A stretch of DNA of 64,000 nucleotides from Candidatus Thorarchaeota archaeon (lineage in GTDB: Archaea; Asgardarchaeota; Thorarchaeia; Thorarchaeales; Thorarchaeaceae): NCBI GenBank assembly GCA_029855935.1, contig JAGSHN010000022.1, positions 9,760 to 73,759 on the forward strand, given 5' to 3'. A model generated the notes under the pieces. It was not told the origin of the DNA, made no database searches, and worked only from the letters and a program-made list of their open reading frames with translations. The translations under genes were made by a program, and so were the position numbers. Of this stretch, positions 57,771 through 64,000 are shown one piece after another; positions within the stretch are counted from its first letter, which is position 1; each line of letters starts with the position of its first letter.

Positions 57771-59192
57771 TCACACTCCCTCAAAGACGTGAGGATTGAG
57801 TATATTGTCCGGATCCAGAGCACGCTTCAACGTACGGTACGTCGCAAGAAAGACAGGATCAGTCCGTGCCAGCACCCTGTTCTCCCACAGGCGCCCACTC
57901 CAGTAGGGACATCCGCCGGTCTCCATAATAGCATCGAGCATCTCGTTCCATATCTTCAGCGCCTCGTCCATCTTCTCACGCGTTGGCGAGAATATTGTGA
58001 ACCAGCCAGTCGTGTAGGCCCGTTCGGAGCCAAGACAGCTCGCAATCCACTTGATGCCATTCTTGGGCATCTTGTACTTCTTGAAAATCACCCACAACCG
58101 CTTCATCACGGTCGGGATAGAGGGAATTGGTCGAAGATGACAGGTATTGAGCCAGAAGCCGTTGTTGAACAATGGCTGCACAAGATTGAACATCTCGCCC
58201 CAGTGCATCTGTGAGGCAAAGTTGCCAAGATCCTTTCCTCCGTGGCGCAGTGCAATCTCACGAACTATCTCCATCTTCCTCCTGGCCAGCTCCTCATCGT
58301 CCTCCTGCACAATCGCCGCGAACATCGCCTTGATCTCAGGATGGCTGTCGAGGAATCCGGGGAAGAACGTGTCTGTCGACTGGCGGTCGGCCAGAAGATT
58401 CAGCTCCTCCGTCAGACCGCGCTTCTGTATCTCAAGGAATGCCGCTGTCGCATCCTCAAGGGTCTTGAATCCGAAGTCCCCGTAGGCGAGATGCTCGGCA
58501 CGTGGATAGATCTTCAATGTCACCTTTGTCTTGACTCCAAGAGTACCGTAGTCTCCGAGGAAGAGGCCGGTGAGATCGTTGTATGCGGAGTATCGACCGA
58601 ACAGGCTGGCATTGGGATTCCACCCGGTGCCTGTACGCAGGACCTCGCCATTCGCCAAGACAACCTGGAGAGACACCACTCCCTCGTTGGCTGGGCCGAA
58701 CTTGGATGCAGCATAGCCGATGCTGTTGCTGCTCACCGATCCACCGACGGTACCCGCACTGCCACCGTACGGCCCTCGAAAGCCCAGCTTGTACCCGCGC
58801 TCGTCAAGCATATGAATGAGCTCCGCCCACCGCAGGCCGGCCTCGACAGTGACCGTCATCACATCCTCATCGAGTCGCACAAGGCCGTCCATCTTCACCA
58901 TGTCCAGCATCACAGCATCTCGCACTCGGGGAAGACACGCCCCGCAGATCCCGTTGCGCCCCCCGGCTGTGACCAAGGCAGTCTTCGTAGAGGCGCATAG
59001 CCGCACGATGGCCTGAACTTCCTCGACACTCTGGGGCAGGACCACGATCCCCGGCCGTTCAGCCGTGAGATGCGATGCGTCCTTGCTGTAGGCCGAGAGT
59101 ATCACAGGACTGTCGGTGACCCTGTCTGCTCCGACTATCGACACAAGCTCCTCATAGAGCGGATGACCCTTGGAAGAGGTGACGATTCTCAT
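57771..59192 (-). CDS. FAD-binding oxidoreductase (VAO/GlcD superfamily)
   Basis: P.SVEEVQ, GGRNG, VEAG, TVGG, VVLANGE, GDYGTLGV, LKRALDPDNILNP. Confidence 0.88.
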   Translation of the reverse strand: MRIVTSSKGHPLYEELVSIVGADRVTDSPVILSAYSKDASHLTAERPGIVVLPQSVEEVQAIVRLCASTKTALVTAGGRNGICGACLPRVRDAVMLDMVKMDGLVRLDEDVMTVTVEAGLRWAELIHMLDERGYKLGFRGPYGGSAGTVGGSVSSNSIGYAASKFGPANEGVVSLQVVLANGEVLRTGTGWNPNASLFGRYSAYNDLTGLFLGDYGTLGVKTKVTLKIYPRAEHLAYGDFGFKTLEDATAAFLEIQKRGLTEELNLLADRQSTDTFFPGFLDSHPEIKAMFAAIVQEDDEELARRKMEIVREIALRHGGKDLGNFASQMHWGEMFNLVQPLFNNGFWLNTCHLRPIPSIPTVMKRLWVIFKKYKMPKNGIKWIASCLGSERAYTTGWFTIFSPTREKMDEALKIWNEMLDAIMETGGCPYWSGRLWENRVLARTDPVFLATYRTLKRALDPDNILNPHVFEGV

Positions 59193-59405
59193 CTCCAGAC
59201 CTCTTGCCCGACGGCGCATTCGTGGGTTAAGTAGTCAACGGATTGAGCTCTGAATCTGTCGAATCGGCCACCTACACACAGGGGCCTGATTCCCGCCTCT
59301 AGCGGTCCACCAGCGAGCCTGACTCAAGGAGGAGGTTCCGTGTTAGATGGCAGGAATCGCTGAGAAGTGGGAGCATAGACGGGTCTGACAACGTAGACAG
59401 TGGAC

Positions 59406-59468
59406 AAGAAAGAGAGGATTGGCGGGGAGAGGCAACGGAGCTGCATGCCTTCCCTGCCTTTTCTTTTC
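59406..59468. terminator. Hairpin flanked by pyrimidine tracts on both strands
   Basis: AAGAAAGAGAGG..GGCGGGGAGAGGCA-loop-TGCCTTCCCTGCC-TTTTCTTTTC, downstream of the surface-protein stop at 59488. Confidence 0.6.
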
Positions 59469-59487
59469 TATGCGAACCCGTGCGTGT

Positions 59488-62187
59488 CTATCCCTTTCCG
59501 CCTCTTCGCCTCGCCGCGACTCCAATCAGCACTATGAGCAGAACTCCCACGCCAATCAGAATCAGCGTCTGCTGTGAGAGAAAGCCAACTGGCGGCACTC
59601 CTCCGGCTGTCGTGCTCGTCGTCGTTGTGCTTGTGCTGGTAGTTGTGGATGTGGTCGTAGAGGTAGTCGTCGTGGCTGCAGCAATCACGGTCACGAGGAC
59701 TGAGTCGTGTGCCGAGTTTGACACCGCATCGTAGACAACAAGCGTGTAGTTGTAGACACCGATGCTCAGTCCATCCACGTCAATCACGATGGGACCTCCG
59801 TCCCAGCTACCCGACTCGACAAGCGAGCCGTTCCTGTAGACCTCGTAACTCTCAGGGTTGGTATCGGATGGACTCCACGTGATGTTGTTCCACGTTGTCC
59901 CCGCTTCATACCCGAAATCGGGTGGACTATCGATTGTTGGAGGTGTCACATCCAATACAGTGACGAACACCGTGTCAGGCACAGAATGCGATCCAGCATC
60001 ATAGACAACTAGCGTGTAGTTGTAGATACCCATGCCAAGACCATCAATGCTGAATGTGAGTGACCTGCCACACCAGTCGCCGTAGTGTCTGAGGGTGCTG
60101 TTTACGTAGAGCTCAAATGAAACCGGATAGTCATCGGTTGGGCTCCAAGTGATGTTGTGGCCAGTGGTTCCCTCCGCATACGTCTGGTCCTGCGGCGAGT
60201 CCACCGTCGGCCACGTCGTGTCGGTGAACGTAGTTGGATAGTAGTCCTTGCTGTCTGCCGAGCCGGAGATGTTGTACGTCCCACTCCCGCCGTAGTCATC
60301 CCACGCATTGCCAAGGCCTGTCGTGTTCCACTGATTGTTGGTCCCGTCATCAACGGCATTTGAACCAGTGTTGCGTGCAAGGACATTGGAGTGGACCACG
60401 GCGCCGTCGGTGCCGGACGCCATACGAATTCCGTAGGAATTGGCAATCACCTTGTTGCCCGAGATGGTGGAGTTGTCAGATGAAGAAACATAGATTCCCG
60501 TAGTACCGCCCACAATGTAGTTGCCAGTGATTGTCGCGTTGGCCGAGTATGAGATTACAATGCTCCCCTTAGCGTTGCAGAGGGTGTTGTCGGAGATGAC
60601 TAGGTAGTCGGATTCGTAGGCGTAGACGCCGTTCTCGGTTGCGTTGGTGATTGAAGACTCACACAGGGTGTTGTTTGGGGAGCGCTCTAGGTAGAAGCCG
60701 CGTCTGTTGTTCAGGAGTTGCAGTCCTCTGAGTGTGTTGTTTTCCGATCTCTGAACGAAGACCCCGTAGAAGTTGTCACTGCTGAGGCTGCCGGTGACGG
60801 TGATGTTTGTGGAGTGGCCTATCTGAAGACCGTAGCCGATGTCTGTGAATCTACCGCCTTGAAGCACAACCCCGCTGCAATTGCCCAAGAGCACCTGAGC
60901 GTATACCTCGCCGTCAACGGTGCCGCCCCTCAGCCCCCAGAAGTATCCGATCGGAAGGCCGTTGACAGTATTGTCCGCGGTGACGTTTGCATACCAGCCC
61001 ATAATGGAGTCAGAATAGACTAGGAAGCCACCACTGACCATGGTGTTGTTGACCAGTGTTGTGTTGTAGGAGCTATAGCTGGCCACAGCTGCCTCACGCC
61101 CCGCCACAATGTAGTTGTCCGAGACATACGTGTTTGAACAACCTACGTAGACTCCACGCGCAGTCACATCTGTTATCCAATTGCCGACCATCGCATTCTG
61201 TTGTCCAGAGTACGAATCGAATATCCCGTCATATGCGCCTCTGATTGTGTTGCCGATGATTGTGTTCCGCGTTGAGTGTGCGAGATAGATGCCGTCGTAG
61301 GTGGAAAGCACAGTATTGTTCTCGACACGGCAACCCGTCGACCCTCCGAGCTGAATCGGGCGATAGAGGTTCTCGAAGTATCCGTCTCTGACCGTCACAT
61401 CGGTACAGTTTCCCAGCAGAATCTGAGAGTAGGCGGTGGCGTCTATGGTGCCCCCAGTCTTGTTCCAGAAGTATCCAATAGGGCGTCCGGCAACGATATT
61501 GTCAGGCGCGATGTTGTGCTCCCAGTACTCCACAGAACCTGTTATCGCAATGCCTCTGTCAAGAGTGTTGTTCGTCAGCGTGGCATTCCGCGCATCTGAG
61601 AGAATGAGTGCTTGCTCGTGGATTATGTTCGTGATTGTGTTGTTGACGACTACGGCGTTGTCAGAACCAAAGTTGAATACTATGCCGTTTCTCACTCCAT
61701 CTATGGTGTTGTTGGTGATAGCAATGCCGGGGGACACCGAGAGTCGTATACCCATACTGCCTCCCGCAATCTCGACCTGGTCAATGATACCATTCACGAC
61801 GCTCCCGAGATAGATGCCGGTTGAAGATGAGCCTCCGCTGAGCCTGCATCTTCGAACTATGAAGTACGCATCCGTGTTGCGGATGTCTATGCAGGTCCCG
61901 GTGGTGCCTATGCTGAATCCCTCCAAGACGTAGGGGTCCGCCTGAGTCCCGCTGCCAGTGAAGCCCTGCGTCGAAAAGTCACTATTTGATGTGATGACAA
62001 TAGGAGCGTGCCCGACATATCCCGAGGGAGTCCTCGGATGTGGTCCGAGCTCTGCTCCAATCTCGTCACGATCCGAATCACTGCCGAGAACCACAGGTGA
62101 CCGAAATAACCACACAGTACTCGAAAAGAGAACAATGACCAAACAAGTGACGAGAAGCCTAGTATCCTCTCGTAGCGAGAATCCCAT
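59488..62187 (-). CDS. Cell-surface glycoprotein: right-handed beta-helix (NosD/CASH) repeats, two Ig-like repeats, Thr-rich stalk, C-terminal TM
   Basis: Signal-like N-terminus; GIY..S..N.I..N.I repeats; two P..DSP.D..Y..GTT..NITWSP...GL..G.YNYTLVVYD units; poly-T/S; TM followed by RRRGGKG. Confidence 0.9.
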   Translation of the reverse strand: MGFSLREDTRLLVTCLVIVLFSSTVWLFRSPVVLGSDSDRDEIGAELGPHPRTPSGYVGHAPIVITSNSDFSTQGFTGSGTQADPYVLEGFSIGTTGTCIDIRNTDAYFIVRRCRLSGGSSSTGIYLGSVVNGIIDQVEIAGGSMGIRLSVSPGIAITNNTIDGVRNGIVFNFGSDNAVVVNNTITNIIHEQALILSDARNATLTNNTLDRGIAITGSVEYWEHNIAPDNIVAGRPIGYFWNKTGGTIDATAYSQILLGNCTDVTVRDGYFENLYRPIQLGGSTGCRVENNTVLSTYDGIYLAHSTRNTIIGNTIRGAYDGIFDSYSGQQNAMVGNWITDVTARGVYVGCSNTYVSDNYIVAGREAAVASYSSYNTTLVNNTMVSGGFLVYSDSIMGWYANVTADNTVNGLPIGYFWGLRGGTVDGEVYAQVLLGNCSGVVLQGGRFTDIGYGLQIGHSTNITVTGSLSSDNFYGVFVQRSENNTLRGLQLLNNRRGFYLERSPNNTLCESSITNATENGVYAYESDYLVISDNTLCNAKGSIVISYSANATITGNYIVGGTTGIYVSSSDNSTISGNKVIANSYGIRMASGTDGAVVHSNVLARNTGSNAVDDGTNNQWNTTGLGNAWDDYGGSGTYNISGSADSKDYYPTTFTDTTWPTVDSPQDQTYAEGTTGHNITWSPTDDYPVSFELYVNSTLRHYGDWCGRSLTFSIDGLGMGIYNYTLVVYDAGSHSVPDTVFVTVLDVTPPTIDSPPDFGYEAGTTWNNITWSPSDTNPESYEVYRNGSLVESGSWDGGPIVIDVDGLSIGVYNYTLVVYDAVSNSAHDSVLVTVIAAATTTTSTTTSTTTSTSTTTTSTTAGGVPPVGFLSQQTLILIGVGVLLIVLIGVAARRRGGKG

Positions 62188-62237
62188 GAGAAGACCTCAA
62201 TGGTACTCGCGTATCCCCCATATATGACTTCGGATTC

Positions 62238-62549
62238 CTAGACCTGCAATCGGCCACCCTGCGGCGGGACGGGGCGGAGGTGCACTCCAGAGTGATTGTT
62301 AACGGATATGCTGCTGTCAAGAACGCCATTGTGGTCTCAACACCGCAGGAAGACACCCCTAGGACTGGAAACGATTGCGTTGTTGATGAGGGCGTTCTCA
62401 AAGGAGTGGAGAACGTAGACTTCATCAATCCTGCTAGATGGCAACACGCCACTAATCGTACCTTGAACTGGCGGGTCAGCAAGTTGTAGGTCCGTTGTGA
62501 GCCCTCCACGGTCGCGCCAGCAATACTCACTGTGCGGAACCAGAGTCAA
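62238..62549 (-). pseudogene. Decayed beta-helix (NosD-like) gene fragment
   Basis: Reads EVYVLHSFENALINNAIVSSPRGVFLRC*DHNGVLDSSISVNNHSGVHL through an in-frame TGA; periodicity matches the repeats of the neighbouring surface protein. Confidence 0.55.
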
Positions 62550-62623
62550 TCAGGAGGATGATGCTGCAACTCTCGTGACCGTCAGGACCTGGCGAGGCGA
62601 AGAGCGCCCGCGTTGGAGAATGT

Positions 62624-62917
62624 CTACGCACAACAATGGCTAGACCTTTCAGAGCCACTACCAGACCCCGAGTTGGAGCCGTCTCTCACTGGTCTGCACC
62701 AGATACATCCGCAACCCAGATTCTCGACAACAATGGCCTCGCCGAGGCAGTTTGCTGCACAGGCAGTGCAATTCGTGCAGTTCTCACCCCGTGCAACAAC
62801 AGCGGGACCCGCCTCGGGAAGTTCCCAGACGTCGAAGGGACATACTTCAAGGCACATCCCACATCGGACACACCGAGATGGGTGGTATCGAAATCCTGCC
62901 CGACTTGTTACCTGCAT
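62624..62917 (-). CDS. hgcB: HgcB-like 2[4Fe-4S] ferredoxin
   Basis: CVRCGMCLEVC and CTNCTACAANC, LGCGC, Ser/Gly tail ending HCCA; directly downstream of the hgcA-like gene. Confidence 0.72.
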   Translation of the reverse strand: MQVTSRAGFRYHPSRCVRCGMCLEVCPFDVWELPEAGPAVVARGENCTNCTACAANCLGEAIVVENLGCGCIWCRPVRDGSNSGSGSGSERSSHCCA

Positions 62918-62923
62918 TTCTCA

Positions 62924-64000
62924 TCACCAACCCAAGTACAGTGCTACGATATTGAACGCGATCAGAAGTGGAATACCCACTATCAACAGTAACCTGAGCA
63001 ACGGATACTCCGCCCGTATTGCCTTCGGATCGCTCACAGTAGTCAGACCAGAGTAGTCCAATGTCAGCGCAATTGACAGGATGAACTGGATAGTCAGCCA
63101 GCTGACGAAGATCCGTGGCCCGACTCTCAGCAAGAGCATCACAAGGGCTCCCACCGGCAGCGTGAGCATCGCGAGACCAAGGCCCCTCCGTACGAACGAG
63201 TTTCCGTGTGAGGGAAGAATGGGAAACACGACGCCCAGGACCAAGGAGTACGCAAAGAGCGCAAAGAGAAGCTCTCCCAAGAACAGCAGCAGCGAATTTG
63301 CGAGGGCCGAGATCAAATCGGCAACATGTGGAGCAAAGACAGCGGTACCCAGACTCACGAAGACGAGCGCAAAGGATGCGAGAGCAAATGGATAAAGTAG
63401 CCCCATCTTCATCAAGAAGGGAACGTGGACCAGCGATTGGGTCATTCGTTCCTTGATGTCGAAGGTGACAGTGGCCATCTGTCGAGGCTTAGGCGAGGGT
63501 CTTCCGACATTCAACCACTGGGCCAAGTCGTGAATTCTGACTGGGCCGTACCGCGCTCTGAACTCGCTCCGTTCTGAGATCTGCCGGGCCACCACGCCAG
63601 CGGCGGACAGCTGGGGCAGAATGACCTCGCGATGGCTGACCTTGTCCTCAAGGCGCGTGAGGTAGATCATATTGATGACATCGTCCGTGTTGAAGTGTGT
63701 CCCGCGCGCCGCGCACCACACATTGATCCCGTCTGTGTCACAGACAAGGACCCACGCATCAAGATTGTCAGCTCGCAGCGCCCGCATCACGGTATAGTAT
63801 GTATATTCGTAGTTGGCCGTCACAATGACTGGACTGTTCGAGGACGGAGAACCAGCGCGATACAGACCGGGCTGAATCGGAATTCCCCGCCAAGAACCGG
63901 GGACACGGTCATAGGCCATACGTAGTCTGACAACAAGGCCGGAGTACGGTTTCTGGCGGTTCTCATGTTCAGAGGAGGGAGCGTCATTCGAACGACACGC
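62924..64000 (-). CDS. hgcA: HgcA-like corrinoid protein with C-terminal TM domain (5' end may lie beyond the window)
   Basis: PGLY, SPVIVTANY, DTDGINVWCAA, ILPQLSAAGV, YGPVRI; about 5 TM helices. The frame has no stop between ATG 63919 and position 64000. Confidence 0.8.
   Translation of the reverse strand, partial: ACRSNDAPSSEHENRQKPYSGLVVRLRMAYDRVPGSWRGIPIQPGLYRAGSPSSNSPVIVTANYEYTYYTVMRALRADNLDAWVLVCDTDGINVWCAARGTHFNTDDVINMIYLTRLEDKVSHREVILPQLSAAGVVARQISERSEFRARYGPVRIHDLAQWLNVGRPSPKPRQMATVTFDIKERMTQSLVHVPFLMKMGLLYPFALASFALVFVSLGTAVFAPHVADLISALANSLLLFLGELLFALFAYSLVLGVVFPILPSHGNSFVRRGLGLAMLTLPVGALVMLLLRVGPRIFVSWLTIQFILSIALTLDYSGLTTVSDPKAIRAEYPLLRLLLIVGIPLLIAFNIVALYLGW

Noticed and set aside
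57762-57780. FAD oxidoreductase and Fe-S protein are in the same frame, separated by a single TGA (possible selenocysteine or read-through fusion)
   Set aside because: The TGA follows the normal family C-terminus (DPDNILNP), is not at a Cys-equivalent position, the second gene has its own SD-like sequence and ATG, and I saw no SECIS-like element.
59611-59673. GTC/GTT/GTG-rich repeat-like DNA
   Set aside because: It simply encodes the Thr/Ser stalk of the surface protein.
62915-62930. hgcA-like and hgcB-like genes are in frame across TGA-TGA (possible recoded fusion)
   Set aside because: A double stop, and the GGTGA doubles as a Shine-Dalgarno site for the ferredoxin ATG.
1-64000. tRNA, rRNA, CRISPR array, IS elements or provirus
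   Set aside because: No cloverleaf/T-loop signature, regularly spaced repeats, or transposase, integrase or capsid motifs seen by eye; tRNAscan-SE/Infernal would be needed to exclude small RNAs.

Overview
Gene-dense archaeal chromosomal window with about 60 genes. I found no rRNA, tRNA, CRISPR array or recognisable transposase/integrase by eye. Gene content (mer, Nre with a PIP box, EndoQ, archaeal RecJ/Cdc45-type DHH protein, COG1202-type helicase, long Rpb5-like RNA polymerase subunit, beta-helix surface protein with tandem Ig-like repeats) points to an anaerobic Asgard archaeon, most plausibly Thorarchaeia (inference). Layout: 1-37 kb is mixed housekeeping, DNA-repair, transport and hypothetical genes; 37-56 kb is a surface-glycan locus (WecB, two nucleotide-sugar dehydrogenases, TagF-like plus IPCT-like pair, four GT4s, AsnB, PIG-L deacetylase, ATP-grasp, HAD, glucuronyl C5-epimerase, and a triplicated unknown membrane domain); 56-64 kb holds an FAD oxidoreductase/HdrD-like pair, a beta-helix surface protein, a decayed beta-helix remnant and an atypical hgcA/hgcB-like corrinoid/ferredoxin pair whose frame runs off the window edge. 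Strongest leads: the non-canonical HgcAB-like module, a eukaryote-type two-domain Rpb5, a coiled-coil protein with a Vps28-CTD-like motif next to a tail-anchored protein, the 2+1 triplicated membrane domain, and the IPCT-like/TagF-like pair. All family assignments come from motif recognition; no database search was run.
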